A stretch of 64,000 bases of DNA. It comes from Arenicellales bacterium. Lineage in GTDB: Bacteria > Pseudomonadota > Gammaproteobacteria > Arenicellales > Poriferihabitantaceae. A model generated the notes under the pieces. It was not told where the DNA came from. It ran no database searches and saw only the letters and a program-made list of their open reading frames with translations. The stretch is from positions 334,781 through 398,780 of the forward strand of contig OY734803.1 of the NCBI GenBank assembly GCA_963457535.1, read 5' to 3'. Position 1 is the first letter of the stretch, and every line of letters starts with the position of its first letter. Positions 17,924-29,252 of the stretch are shown in pieces. The translations under genes and the position numbers were made by a program.

Positions 17924-18415
17924 ATGAAAACTCCGACGACTTTTCAAAAATCCCGCCGCGCCGCATTTGCCGCGGCGCTTTTCATGCTGTTGCCGCTCGC
18001 TTCGGTCAACCTCGGCGGCGTCGCGCTGGCGAAGAAAGACCCGGTCTACACCGGCAAGTTCAGCAGCGCGGCCGCGGGCGGCTACGATGTGACCGCCTAC
18101 TTCAGCGAGTCGCGCCCGGTCAAAGGCAAATCCAAATTCACCGCCAAATACCGCGGCGCGAAATGGTCGTTTGCCAGCAAGGAAAACATGGAGAAATTCC
18201 TCGCCGACCCGGAAAAATACGCGCCGCAATACGGCGGCTACTGCGCCTGGGCGGTCGCGCAGGGCAAAACCGCGAGCGGCGACCCGCTGCTGTGGACGGT
18301 GCACGGCGGCAAGTTGTATTTGAACTACAACAAAAAAATCAACGACCGCTGGTCGCGCGACAAAGACGCGCTGATTGCCAAAGGCGACAAAAACTGGCCG
18401 GAGGTGCTGAACTAA
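17924..18415 (+). CDS. Secreted YHS-domain-like protein
   Basis: Signal peptide, then GGYDVTAYF ... AKWSFASKENMEKFLADPEKYAPQYGGYCAWAV, as in YHS-domain periplasmic proteins. Confidence 0.6.
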   Translation: MKTPTTFQKSRRAAFAAALFMLLPLASVNLGGVALAKKDPVYTGKFSSAAAGGYDVTAYFSESRPVKGKSKFTAKYRGAKWSFASKENMEKFLADPEKYAPQYGGYCAWAVAQGKTASGDPLLWTVHGGKLYLNYNKKINDRWSRDKDALIAKGDKNWPEVLN

Positions 18416-18443
18416 TCCGCCCTTCCCCGCCGCGCGCGCCGTC

Positions 18444-18917
18444 ATGTCCGCGCCGCAGCCGCTGATCCGCAGCGCAGTTGCGGCGGACGCGCCCGCGCTC
18501 GCCGAGTTCAACCGCGCGATGGCGCGCGAGACCGAAGAGCGCGAGTTAAATCCGCAGGCGGTGGCGCGCGGCGTGCGCGCGGTTTTTGACGACCCGTCGC
18601 GCGGCTTTTATTTGGTCGCGGAAATCGGCGGCGAATTGGCCGCGGCGCTGATGGTGACCACCGAGTGGAGCGACTGGCGCAACGGCGCGTTCTGGTGGAT
18701 CCAAAGCGTCTATGTCGCGCCGCAATGGCGGCGGCGCGGCCTCTACCGCATGCTGCACCGTCATCTGCGGGAAATGGCCGCGCGCGACCAAACCGCATGC
18801 GGTTTGCGCCTGTATGTGGAGCGCGAAAACCACGCCGCGCAAAAGACCTACGCGTCGCTCGGCATGGAGGAAACACGGTATAAAATGTTTGAACAGCCGC
18901 TGCCGGCCGGCGGCTGA
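18444..18917 (+). CDS. GNAT family N-acetyltransferase
   Basis: 157 aa. The acetyl-CoA binding region is VYVAPQWRRRGLYRMLHRHL. Confidence 0.8.
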   Translation: MSAPQPLIRSAVAADAPALAEFNRAMARETEERELNPQAVARGVRAVFDDPSRGFYLVAEIGGELAAALMVTTEWSDWRNGAFWWIQSVYVAPQWRRRGLYRMLHRHLREMAARDQTACGLRLYVERENHAAQKTYASLGMEETRYKMFEQPLPAGG

Positions 18918-18939
18918 CCCGAAAACCAAGCCAACGAGA

Positions 18940-20607
18940 ATGCAAAAATACTACGACAACATGCCGCCGCAGCGCGGCCTCAACTATGTGCCGCTGTCGC
19001 CGCTGTCTTTTTTGCGGCGCGCCGCCGACACGTACCCGGAGCATCCGTCGGTGGTCTACGGGGAGCGGCGCTATACCTGGCGCGAGACCGCCGAGCGCTG
19101 CCGCAAACTGCGCGCCGCGTTGCGCGCGCTCGGCGTCGCCAAGGGCGACACGGTGTCGCTGCTCGCCGCGAACACGCCGGAATTGATAGAGGCGCATTAC
19201 GGCGTGCCGCAAAGCGGCGGCGTGTTGAACGCGATCAACACGCGGCTGGACGCGGACACCATCGCCTACATTCTTGAACACGGCGACTGCCGCGTGCTGA
19301 TCACCGACTCGCAGTTTTCGCAGGTCGCGGCGCGCGCGCTGTCGCAACTCGCAAAAAAACCGCGGATCATAGACATCGTGGACGCGCAGGCGCCGCCCGC
19401 GGAAGGCGGCGGCGAGCCGCTCGGCGAAATGACCTATGAAGAATTGCTCGCAAGCGCGCCCGAACCCGCCGATGACGATAATGACGACGACGGCCTGCCC
19501 GAATCCGAATGGGACGCGCTCGCGCTCAACTACACCTCCGGCACCGGCGGCCGCCCGAAAGGCGTGGTCTACCACCACCGCGGCGCGTATTTAATGTGCA
19601 TGGGAACGGTCGCCGCCTGGCAAATCCCGAAACACCCGCGATACCTCTACACCGTGCCGATGTTCCACTGCAACGGCTGGGGGCATGTGTGGACCATGAC
19701 GCTGATGGGCGGCACATTGTTCTGCAACCGCGCGGTGCGCGCCGATGTGATTTTTGACGCGCTCGCGCGCGACCGCATCACCCACTTCGGCGGCGCGCCG
19801 GTCATTCTGGCGATGCTCGCCGACGCGCCGCGCGAGGCGCAAAAAAAACCGGAGCGCACCGTGCAGGTCATGACGGCCGGCGCGCCGCCGCCGAGCAAGG
19901 TGCTGGAGAAGGTGGAAAAACTCGGCCTCAATGTGACGCATGTATACGGCCTGACCGAGACCTACGGACATGTCATGTATTGCGACTGGCAGAGCCGCTG
20001 GGATGAGTTTGAAATCGGCAAGCGCGCCGAACACAAGGCGCGCCAGGGCGTGCGCCTGCCGATGATGGAGGCGGCGCGCGTGCACGCGCCCGAAAGCGGC
20101 GCGCCGGTGCCGGCCGACGGGGAAACCCTCGGCGAAATCGTGCTGCGCGGCAACACCACGATGAAAGGTTATTACAAAAACCCGGACGCGACCGCCGAGG
20201 CGTTCGGCGGCGGCTGGTTTCACAGCGGCGACCTCGCGGTGGTGCATGCCGACGGCTACATTGAAGTCAAAGACCGCCTGAAAGACGTGATCATTTCCGG
20301 CGGCGAAAACATCTCTTCCATAGAAGTGGAATCGGTGCTCTACAAGCACCCGAAAGTCGCCGCGGCCGCGGTGGTGGCAAAACCCGATGAAAAGTGGGGC
20401 GAGACGCCGTGCGCATTTATTGAACTGCAGGACGGGCAGCGCGCCGAAGCGGCCGAGATCATCCAATTCTGCCGCGAGCATTTGAGCGGTTTCAAATCGC
20501 CGAAGCATGTCGTCTTCGGGCAACTCCCGAAGACTTCCACGGGTAAAATACAGAAGTTCAAACTGCGCGAACTGGCGCGCAAGGACGCGCCGGCAACGGC
20601 GTCATAA
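18940..20607 (+). CDS. Acyl-CoA synthetase (AMP-binding, medium-chain type)
   Basis: Motifs LNYTSGTGGRPKGV, YGLTET, WFHSGDLAVVHADGYIEVKDRLKD and a C-terminal GKIQKFKLR. The ORF track start at 18712 overlaps the GNAT gene, so the ATG at 18940 (MQKYYDN) is preferred. Confidence 0.9.
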   Translation: MQKYYDNMPPQRGLNYVPLSPLSFLRRAADTYPEHPSVVYGERRYTWRETAERCRKLRAALRALGVAKGDTVSLLAANTPELIEAHYGVPQSGGVLNAINTRLDADTIAYILEHGDCRVLITDSQFSQVAARALSQLAKKPRIIDIVDAQAPPAEGGGEPLGEMTYEELLASAPEPADDDNDDDGLPESEWDALALNYTSGTGGRPKGVVYHHRGAYLMCMGTVAAWQIPKHPRYLYTVPMFHCNGWGHVWTMTLMGGTLFCNRAVRADVIFDALARDRITHFGGAPVILAMLADAPREAQKKPERTVQVMTAGAPPPSKVLEKVEKLGLNVTHVYGLTETYGHVMYCDWQSRWDEFEIGKRAEHKARQGVRLPMMEAARVHAPESGAPVPADGETLGEIVLRGNTTMKGYYKNPDATAEAFGGGWFHSGDLAVVHADGYIEVKDRLKDVIISGGENISSIEVESVLYKHPKVAAAAVVAKPDEKWGETPCAFIELQDGQRAEAAEIIQFCREHLSGFKSPKHVVFGQLPKTSTGKIQKFKLRELARKDAPATAS

Positions 20608-20661
20608 TTTCGGCGGCGCGCGCGCCGCTTTCCTCCAACCACTCCACCCACTCCTTACCAC

Positions 20662-21975
<1,314 letters not shown>

Positions 21976-22049
21976 CTTGCAGCACGCCCTCCCCTGAAAC
22001 CGCCGCGGCATGAAAATTAATTTCCGCGGCATTTCGCAAGTTCTTCCGG

Positions 22050-22736
22050 ATGGGACGCAACCCAATCCTAAAAACTCTCGCCGCTTTTTTCGCCACCGTC
22101 GCCATCGCCGTCATCGCGCCGGTCGGCGCATGGTTTGCGCTGACTGCGCTTTCCATGGAAATTCCGGCGGGAAATTACTCACATGTTTTTCCGGTGGAAA
22201 ACTCCTTTTTAAACTCCCGCAACGAAATCCGCGTGGCGCCGCAGCCCGGCGCGGGAATCATCGTGCGCGACCGCATGACCATTTACAACCTGCAGCCGGC
22301 GCTTAACGACATGCTGCGCGACATGGATTTTCCCGAGGAGGTGGCGGACCCGCGCATAGATTCGGTCTCGTTTGCGCCGCCCGACACGGTGCGCGCGCGC
22401 GCCCGCGCCTCGGTGCAGTCGTGGCCGCTGTCGGCCGAGGTGGAGGCGCGCATCAGCGCGCGGCTGTCGCGCATAAATGAATACACGGTCGGCCTGCCGC
22501 TGAAAGTGGATGTCAAAGTCCGCCATCCGATGCTGCGCTTTTTGGAGGGCGCGCTGCAGGAGGAAGTGGACGCGGAGGATCTTTCCATGGAATTTGATTT
22601 GCGCGAGGAAACCGGCATTCGCACCTTGCGCCTGCGCGAATTGCGGCTGGAAAAATCGGAAGGCGCCACGCACACGCTGACGTTGGCGTTTCACGCCGAA
22701 CTCGCCGACTTTTTGCGCTGGCTTTTTGAGGAGTAG
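22050..22736 (+). CDS. Hypothetical membrane-anchored protein
   Basis: 228 aa with one N-terminal hydrophobic segment. I recognise no family. Coding is inferred from ORF length and position. Confidence 0.5.
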   Translation: MGRNPILKTLAAFFATVAIAVIAPVGAWFALTALSMEIPAGNYSHVFPVENSFLNSRNEIRVAPQPGAGIIVRDRMTIYNLQPALNDMLRDMDFPEEVADPRIDSVSFAPPDTVRARARASVQSWPLSAEVEARISARLSRINEYTVGLPLKVDVKVRHPMLRFLEGALQEEVDAEDLSMEFDLREETGIRTLRLRELRLEKSEGATHTLTLAFHAELADFLRWLFEE

Positions 22737-22743
22737 CGGAGCG

Positions 22744-23520
22744 ATGAACGAAATACAAACCGTTTTTGCGCAGCATCCGCCGCACGAGCCGCTTGAGAAA
22801 ATCGGCGCGCGCGGGCGCATCGGCCTGGTCGCGCTCGGCACCGATGTCAACAGCGAAACCGATTTGCGGCGGATGCTTCCGGACGGCGTGGAAATTTTCA
22901 CCAACCGCGTCTCCAACCAAAACCCGGTCACCGCGGAAAACCTGCGCGCGATGGCGCCCGACATCACGCGCGCCGCCGCCGGAATTTTGCCGGGCGATTC
23001 GCTGGACCTGCTGATCTACGCATGCACTTCCGGAACCGCGGTCATCGGTGAGCGGGAAGTGTTTCGGCTGCTGCGCGCGGCGCGCCCCGAATGGGGCGAG
23101 TTGCCGTGCACCACGCCGGTCAGCGCCGCGCTCGCCGCGCTGGCGCGCCTCGGCGCCAAACGAATTTCGCTGCTGACCCCCTACACCGAACCGGTCAACC
23201 GTGAACTCGCCGCGTTCTTCCACGCGCGCGGCGTCGCGCCCCTCAATGTCTACGGCTTCGGCATCGCCGGCGACGACGAAATGAGCGGCGTCACCCGCGC
23301 CTCCATCGTCCGCGCCGCGCGCGCCGCCTGCCGCGAAGACGCCGACTTGCTGTTCATCTCCTGCACCGCGCTGCGCGCCGCGCAGGCCGTGGAGGAAATT
23401 GAGACCGACATCGGCAAACCGGTGGTCACCAGCAATCAGGCGATGGTCTGGCACGCGCTGCAGTTGCTGCGCTCGCCGCCGGCGCCGCGCGCCGGGTTCG
23501 GCAAATTGTTTTCCGCGTGA
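22744..23520 (+). CDS. Asp/Glu racemase-superfamily protein, maleate isomerase / arylmalonate decarboxylase-like
   Basis: The two catalytic-Cys contexts LLIYACTSGTAV and LLFISCTALRA match this family. Confidence 0.7.
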   Translation: MNEIQTVFAQHPPHEPLEKIGARGRIGLVALGTDVNSETDLRRMLPDGVEIFTNRVSNQNPVTAENLRAMAPDITRAAAGILPGDSLDLLIYACTSGTAVIGEREVFRLLRAARPEWGELPCTTPVSAALAALARLGAKRISLLTPYTEPVNRELAAFFHARGVAPLNVYGFGIAGDDEMSGVTRASIVRAARAACREDADLLFISCTALRAAQAVEEIETDIGKPVVTSNQAMVWHALQLLRSPPAPRAGFGKLFSA

Positions 23521-23544
23521 AGCGGCTCCCGCTTCACGCCAAAT

Positions 23545-25209
23545 TCAAAACAACCCTTCCACCTCGCCGCGCTCGTTCAGGCGAATGCTGTTCGCGGCCG
23601 GCACGCGCGGCAGGCCCGGCATGGTCATGATATCGCCGCAGACCACCACGACAAAACCGGCGCCGGCCGAAAGCCGCACTTCGCGCAGCGGCAGCGTGTG
23701 TCCGCTCGGCGCGCCTTTCGCCTCCGGGTCGGTGGAAAAACTGTATTGCGTCTTGGCGATGCACACCGGCAGATTGCCGAAGCCGCCCTCCTGCAGTTCG
23801 CGAATTTGTCCGCGGGTTTTTTGCCCGGCGGTGATGCCGTCGGCGCGGTAGATTTTGGTCGCGAGCGTTTCAATTTTCTCCCACAGCGGCATGTCATCCG
23901 GGTAGGTGGTGCGGAACTTTCCGCCCGTGTCGGCCAGCGCTGCCGCTTCGCGCGCCAGGTCAGCCGCGCCTTCGCCGCCGCGCGCCCAGTGCTCGGCGTC
24001 CACCGCGGTGACGCCGCGCGCCGCACAGGCCTCGCGCACCGCGGCCATCTCGGCGTCGCTGTCCGCGCTGAAACGGTTGACCGCGACCACCACCGGCAGC
24101 CCGAACGACTGCAGGTTTTCAATGTGGCGGTCCAGGTTGACGCAGCCGGCTTTGACCGCGGCCGCGTTTTCTTCGCCGAGTTTGTCGCGGCCGACGCCGC
24201 CATGCATTTTCAGCGCGCGCACCGTGGCCACCAGCACCGCCGCATCGGGCGCCAGTCCGGCGCTGCGGCATTTGATGTTGAAGAATTTCTCCGCGCCGAG
24301 GTCCGCGCCGAAGCCGGCCTCGGTGACCACATAGTCGGCGAGTTTCAGCGCGGCGCGCGTGGCGATGACCGAGTTGCAGCCGTGCGCGATGTTGGCGAAA
24401 GGCCCGCCGTGAATGAACGCCGGGTTGTGCTCCAGGGTCTGCACCAAGTTCGGCGCGAGCGCGTCCTTCAGCAGCACCGCCATCGGACCCGGCGCGTGCA
24501 GCGCCGAAGCGCGCACCGGCTCGCGCTCGCGCGTTCGCCCGACCACGATGCGCCCGAGGCGCTCCTCCAAATCGCGCGCGTCGCGCGCCAGGCAGAGGAT
24601 TGCCATCACCTCGGACGCGACTGTGATGTCAAAACCGTCCTCGCGCGGGTAGCCGTTCGCCGCGCCGCCGAGCGCGGCGGTGATGTGCCGCAGCGCGCGG
24701 TCGTTCATGTCTACCACGCGCCGCCAGTTGACGCGGCGCGTGTCCAGGCGCGCTTCGTTGCCCCAGTAGATGTGGTTGTCCAGCAGCGCGGCGAGCAGGC
24801 TGTGCGCGGAGGTGATCGCGTGAAAGTCGCCGGTGAAATGCAGGTTGATGTCCTCCATCGGAATGACCTGCGCATGTCCGCCGCCGGCCGCGCCGCCCTT
24901 CATGCCGAAGCAGGGGCCGAGCGACGGCTCGCGCAGGCACACCATGGCTTTCTTGCCGATGCGCGCCAGGCCGTCGGCGAGGCCGACCGAGGTTGTGGTC
25001 TTGCCCTCGCCGGCCGGAGTCGGCGTGATCGCGGTGACCAGTATGAGTTTTCCGTCGGGGCGGTCGCCGAGCGATTCAATAAACGGCAAACTCACTTTCG
25101 CCTTGGTCGCGCCGAACGGCATCAGCGCGTCGTTCGGGATGCCGAGTTTCCCGGCGATTTCGGCGGCCGGTTTAATCGGCGCGCGCCGGGCGATTTCTAT
25201 GTCGGACAT
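23545..25209 (-). CDS. fhs: Formate--tetrahydrofolate ligase
   Basis: 554 aa with [23 protein letters not shown] and strong overall Fhs-like sequence. Confidence 0.95.
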   Translation of the reverse strand: MSDIEIARRAPIKPAAEIAGKLGIPNDALMPFGATKAKVSLPFIESLGDRPDGKLILVTAITPTPAGEGKTTTSVGLADGLARIGKKAMVCLREPSLGPCFGMKGGAAGGGHAQVIPMEDINLHFTGDFHAITSAHSLLAALLDNHIYWGNEARLDTRRVNWRRVVDMNDRALRHITAALGGAANGYPREDGFDITVASEVMAILCLARDARDLEERLGRIVVGRTREREPVRASALHAPGPMAVLLKDALAPNLVQTLEHNPAFIHGGPFANIAHGCNSVIATRAALKLADYVVTEAGFGADLGAEKFFNIKCRSAGLAPDAAVLVATVRALKMHGGVGRDKLGEENAAAVKAGCVNLDRHIENLQSFGLPVVVAVNRFSADSDAEMAAVREACAARGVTAVDAEHWARGGEGAADLAREAAALADTGGKFRTTYPDDMPLWEKIETLATKIYRADGITAGQKTRGQIRELQEGGFGNLPVCIAKTQYSFSTDPEAKGAPSGHTLPLREVRLSAGAGFVVVVCGDIMTMPGLPRVPAANSIRLNERGEVEGLF

Positions 25210-25265
25210 TGATGGTTTTCCTGTTGAAGTTGAAGGCGGTCATGCGCGCCGGCGGCCGCGCGGGG

Positions 25266-25583
25266 TTACTTCGCGTCCGCCGCCGAGCCGCCGAGACAGG
25301 GCGGAGAATCCGCGGCGCGCGCGCCGTCATCCCATTCGCGCGGCGTCATCGTGTGCAGCGCGAGCGCGTGCACCGCGCCGCGCAATTCCTCGCGCAAAAT
25401 TTCATTGACCATGCGGTGGCGCGCCAGCAGCGGCTCGCCGTCAAAGCGCGGCGACACCACCGTCACTTTGAAATGCGACTCCGAGCCGGGCGGCACATTG
25501 TGGCGGTGGCTCTCGTTTTCCACGCGCAAAAATTGCGGCTGCAGCGCGCGCAGTTTGTGTTCAATGGCGGATTGGATGGTCAT
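25266..25583 (-). CDS. BolA family protein
   Basis: 105 aa with [24 protein letters not shown]....L.RHRMV, typical of BolA. Confidence 0.85.
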   Translation of the reverse strand: MTIQSAIEHKLRALQPQFLRVENESHRHNVPPGSESHFKVTVVSPRFDGEPLLARHRMVNEILREELRGAVHALALHTMTPREWDDGARAADSPPCLGGSAADAK

Positions 25584-25677
25584 GGCGAAAATTTGCGCCG
25601 GGTCAGGCGAAGCGGAATTATAGCGGCATTTTGCGCTTTATTCGGAAACCCGGCAATGTTGCGCGGCAACTCCGGCG

Positions 25678-26760
25678 TCAATCCACCGCCGCGCGCATCC
25701 ACTCGTGCAGCGCGGCGACCGGGGATTCGTCGTCTATGCCGCCGTCCGGATTGATGATCAGCGGGCCCGGCGCGAAGCCGCGGCTGCGCACGCCGCGCTG
25801 CACATTTTTCACCAGTTGCAAATCCTCGGCGAAAGTGCGGTCGCGGTCCAACGCTATTAACTTTTGCAGTTCCGCATCCACCGCGCCGTCGGGTGAAAAC
25901 CACAGGCGGCGCACCTCGGTTTCGTCCACGCCGAGCGGCCGCCAGCAATACGCGTTCAGCACGCCGCCCGGGTACACCTGAATCGCGGTTGCCGGCCACA
26001 AATAAAAACTGCCGTATTTTTTTCCGGACATCGGATACCACGCGTTTCCGCCGGCATTCGCGCGCGCGCGGTGGCGCAAACAGCGCCCGCCGCCGAAAGG
26101 CGCGATGGAATAACTCGCCGCGTCAATGACGCCGTCGGCGAAATCCGGATGCGCGGTCTTGCAGTGGTAGCACTCGTTGTAATTCTCCACCGCTATCAGC
26201 CAGTTGCACTCTTCATTCGCCGAAAACTCATGCGCCGGCAGCATGCTGTCAATATGCGGGCACAATTCCAGCAGCGCCTCGCGCACCCCCGGATAACATT
26301 CGCCCAGCGGTTTTGCATCGGCGTCCAAATTGACGAACACAAAACCGAGAAACTCTTCAACGCGCACGCGGTGCAGCGCGATGTTCTCCCGCGCAAACCC
26401 GGCGACCGCGTCCGAATGCGGCGCGGCGCGAAGTTTGCCGGCGCGGTCGTAACGCCACGCGTGGTAGGGGCAGATGATCGCGCGGCGATTGCCGCTGCCT
26501 TCCAGCAATTTGTGGCCGCGGTGGCGGCAGACATTGTAGAACGCGCCGATCGCGCCGTCGTCGCCGCGCATCACGAACAAGTCCTGGTCAAACAGCGTGA
26601 ACGCGACGAAATCGCCGGCATTGGCGACCTCGCCGGCGTGGCAGGCGTATTGCCAGGTGCGAAAGAAAATATTTTCGCGCGCGCGCACAAAAACCTGCGG
26701 GTCGGTGAAATAGCGCGCCGGCAGGCCGGTTATGGGCGCGGGCGCGGAAACGCCGTTCAT
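25678..26760 (-). CDS. Rieske [2Fe-2S] oxygenase alpha subunit (glycine-betaine/quaternary-amine demethylating oxygenase-like)
   Basis: The Rieske motif is CRHRGHKL ... CPYHAWRY and the mononuclear iron region is NYNECYHCKTAHPDF. The ATG at 26760 forms an ATGA overlap with the upstream gene. Confidence 0.85.
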   Translation of the reverse strand: MNGVSAPAPITGLPARYFTDPQVFVRARENIFFRTWQYACHAGEVANAGDFVAFTLFDQDLFVMRGDDGAIGAFYNVCRHRGHKLLEGSGNRRAIICPYHAWRYDRAGKLRAAPHSDAVAGFARENIALHRVRVEEFLGFVFVNLDADAKPLGECYPGVREALLELCPHIDSMLPAHEFSANEECNWLIAVENYNECYHCKTAHPDFADGVIDAASYSIAPFGGGRCLRHRARANAGGNAWYPMSGKKYGSFYLWPATAIQVYPGGVLNAYCWRPLGVDETEVRRLWFSPDGAVDAELQKLIALDRDRTFAEDLQLVKNVQRGVRSRGFAPGPLIINPDGGIDDESPVAALHEWMRAAVD

Positions 26761-28196
26761 TGTTTGCTCCGAGCGCGAATTTTCTCGCGCGGATCGACAT
26801 AAAGCATCTGCATGGGAAGTCCGCGTGAATCTTTCGTCTCGGAACCAAGCGAGCGATACGGGGTATCCCCATCGGCGCCGAGTTTCGCGGTCAGCGCGGC
26901 CGCCAGCACGTCGAGAATATTGCTGTTGGTCATGCTGATTTCCGAGTTGGCAACTACGCCCGGGCAAGAACGCGCATTTTCATAGACATGCTCTGCCTGC
27001 GGAAAATACTCCTGCAGTAGCTCGCGCCGCTTCTGCACACCTTCGCGTTGCTTTTTGCTGGTAAGTAGCTCATTGCCGTTGAGACCGCGGAAGCAAATTT
27101 CGGCGTGCGTCTCGCGGAACAGGCCGCGCGCATCCGGGTCTTCAAAAAGAAACTCGTCCAGTTCGATGATGTGTGGCGCCAGATCCCACGACTGATTCGG
27201 CAGCACTTTTTTGGTGACAGCATAACTGACATCCCGGCCAGCCTGCTTTTTTTCGTTTTTCCCGCCATCGGCCTCGCGATACGCCTCGACCGCGCGACGG
27301 CACGGAATGGGAAACACGCTATTACGACGGCAGCCGAGGAATTCGCGCGCCAGTATGTCGCATCGGCGCTTTTCTCGGCCGTCGGGCAACCCAATGGGGA
27401 CAGTGCACAGCGCGATTTTTGCATCGCGTCGGCGCAACTCTGCCACGGCATCCCGGATGGTGCTACTAGTGAAGCAGTCGTAGCCACAGCCCGCTTTCAA
27501 ACCGATGCACATCCAGCCGCCGCCGCAAGTACCCACACCCCAGTAAGGAAAGTGCTGCAACTTTTCCCGCACCGCGGCCACGGCTTTCTCCGACGAAGTT
27601 GCATCCACGCGCAGCAGCAAACCCTGTTTGAGATAGTAATCCGTGAGCGGCGCGGTTTTTTCCATGTAGGTTTCCAGGCGCTGCGTGATCGCCTCTTCGC
27701 TCTCGTCGGCGCGCTGCACCACCGCGCCGCCGCAGCGGTCGCAGACGCCCTCCACCCGCGGCGGCTTGCTGCGAATGTTGTAGATCGCCTGGCAGTCCGG
27801 GTTTTCGCAGGTGCGGCGCGTGGTCAGGCGCTCCAGAATGACTTCGCGCGGCGCGTCCAGATTGACCACCATGTCCAGCGCGATGCCGAGTTTTTGCAGC
27901 AGTTGCGCCAGCGCCTCGGCCTGCGGAATCGTCCGCGGAAAACCGTCCAGCAAAAAACCGGCGGCGCAGTCGGGGCGCTGCAGCCGCCCTTCCATCATTT
28001 CCATGATCAGTTCGTCCGGCACCAATTCGCCGCGCTGCATATAGCCGCGCGCGCGCGCGCCCAGTTCGCTGCCGGCCTCCACTTCGCCGCGCAGAATATC
28101 GCCGGTGGAAATCTGCACCGAGCCGTCCACTCCGGACAGGAGTTTGGCGATGGTGCCCTTGCCCGCCCCCGGCGCGCCCAGCAGTATCAGTTTCAT
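26757..28196 (-). CDS. adk: Adenylate kinase (zinc-lid type) fused to a C-terminal DUF429-like domain
   Basis: Residues 1-~215 form a complete Adk, with LLGAPGAGKGT, GFLLDGFPRT and the lid C-x2-C ... C-x2-C. The reading frame continues without a stop into GVGTCGGGW ... VPIGLPDG ... ETHAEICF, which resembles DUF429-family proteins. Confidence 0.75.
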   Translation of the reverse strand: MKLILLGAPGAGKGTIAKLLSGVDGSVQISTGDILRGEVEAGSELGARARGYMQRGELVPDELIMEMMEGRLQRPDCAAGFLLDGFPRTIPQAEALAQLLQKLGIALDMVVNLDAPREVILERLTTRRTCENPDCQAIYNIRSKPPRVEGVCDRCGGAVVQRADESEEAITQRLETYMEKTAPLTDYYLKQGLLLRVDATSSEKAVAAVREKLQHFPYWGVGTCGGGWMCIGLKAGCGYDCFTSSTIRDAVAELRRRDAKIALCTVPIGLPDGREKRRCDILAREFLGCRRNSVFPIPCRRAVEAYREADGGKNEKKQAGRDVSYAVTKKVLPNQSWDLAPHIIELDEFLFEDPDARGLFRETHAEICFRGLNGNELLTSKKQREGVQKRRELLQEYFPQAEHVYENARSCPGVVANSEISMTNSNILDVLAAALTAKLGADGDTPYRSLGSETKDSRGLPMQMLYVDPREKIRARSKQ

Positions 28197-28225
28197 CGCT
28201 CAGTAATTGCCGGCGGTGCCGCGAC

Positions 28226-29209
28226 TTATTGCGCCGCGTGCAGCCACGGCTTCCACACTGCCTCGTTCTCGGCGATCCAGCGCGCGGCGGCTTCTTCGTG
28301 CTTCATCTCTTCGACATCCACATACAAGGCCATCGTGCCGATCTGATGGGTGGTGAAACTGACGCGCGTCAGCGCCTTGTAGGCGGCCGGCCACTTCACC
28401 GGCATGCCGTGCCACGCGGCCTTTTTCAGATAGCCGCCGGCCGGGCTGCCGCAGTCGCGGATGGCATTCGGATTGACGCCCCAACTTGCTTTCTTGATGC
28501 ACTCGCCGGTGTATCCCGGAAACTCGATGAACGTGCCGCCGTAGAGCGCGTCGGTGAAGTTCGGCGTCCAGTTGAACAGCACGATCGGCTCGTTATTTTT
28601 CGCCGCGGCTTCCAGCTCGGCCCACAGCGCGGGCGCGCCGCCGACATTTTTCATCACAAAGTTCAACTCCAGCGCGTCGATCATCGGTGCGAAGTGGTCG
28701 TGCGCCCAGTCTGCCGGGCCGTCGACGAACACGCCCTTTCCGTCCGAATCCGGGCGCGCGAATTTTTCCGAGCATTCTTTCAGCGCTTTCCAGTCCGGCA
28801 GTCCCGGGCAGTGCTCCTCAACAAACGCCGGATACCACCACTCTTCGCGCGTCACCGCGGCGTGGTTGCCGGCGTCAAGAATGCCGCCTTTGTCGAGCGC
28901 CTTGTTGAACGAGGCCGCGAACGCGCCCTCCCATACTTCCACCTCAATGGTGGCGTCGCCGATGCGCACCGCCTCATAGACCGTCTGGCTGTCGGTTGAG
29001 GTGTATTCCACATTGCAGCCGATTTTCTCGAACAACTGCCCGACCACATGCGACATCACGATTTGGCTCGACCAGTTGTGCGTCGGGATGACGATCGGGT
29101 CTTCCGAGCCGCAGTCCTGCGCGCGCGCGGGCGCGCCGCCAAATGCAAATGCCGCGCATACCAGCGCGCATGCGGCGCCTTTCCAGCAATTTGGTTGGAT
29201 GAAGTTCAT
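28226..29209 (-). CDS. Glycine betaine/proline betaine-type periplasmic substrate-binding protein (ProX/OpuAC-like), copy 1
   Basis: Signal peptide, then QDCGSEDPIVIPTHNWSSQIVMSHVVGQLFEKIG. The start is taken at the ATG at 29209. Confidence 0.8.
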   Translation of the reverse strand: MNFIQPNCWKGAACALVCAAFAFGGAPARAQDCGSEDPIVIPTHNWSSQIVMSHVVGQLFEKIGCNVEYTSTDSQTVYEAVRIGDATIEVEVWEGAFAASFNKALDKGGILDAGNHAAVTREEWWYPAFVEEHCPGLPDWKALKECSEKFARPDSDGKGVFVDGPADWAHDHFAPMIDALELNFVMKNVGGAPALWAELEAAAKNNEPIVLFNWTPNFTDALYGGTFIEFPGYTGECIKKASWGVNPNAIRDCGSPAGGYLKKAAWHGMPVKWPAAYKALTRVSFTTHQIGTMALYVDVEEMKHEEAAARWIAENEAVWKPWLHAAQ

Positions 29210-29252
29210 TTGTTTCCCAGAGCGGGCATGGTAGCAAATCGGCGCGCGCACA

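Noticed and set aside
17924-18415. Whether the YHS-domain protein is a selenoprotein variant.
   Set aside because: There is no in-frame TGA. The position in the GGY-C-AWA context is a Cys codon, and no SECIS-like hairpin was noticed.
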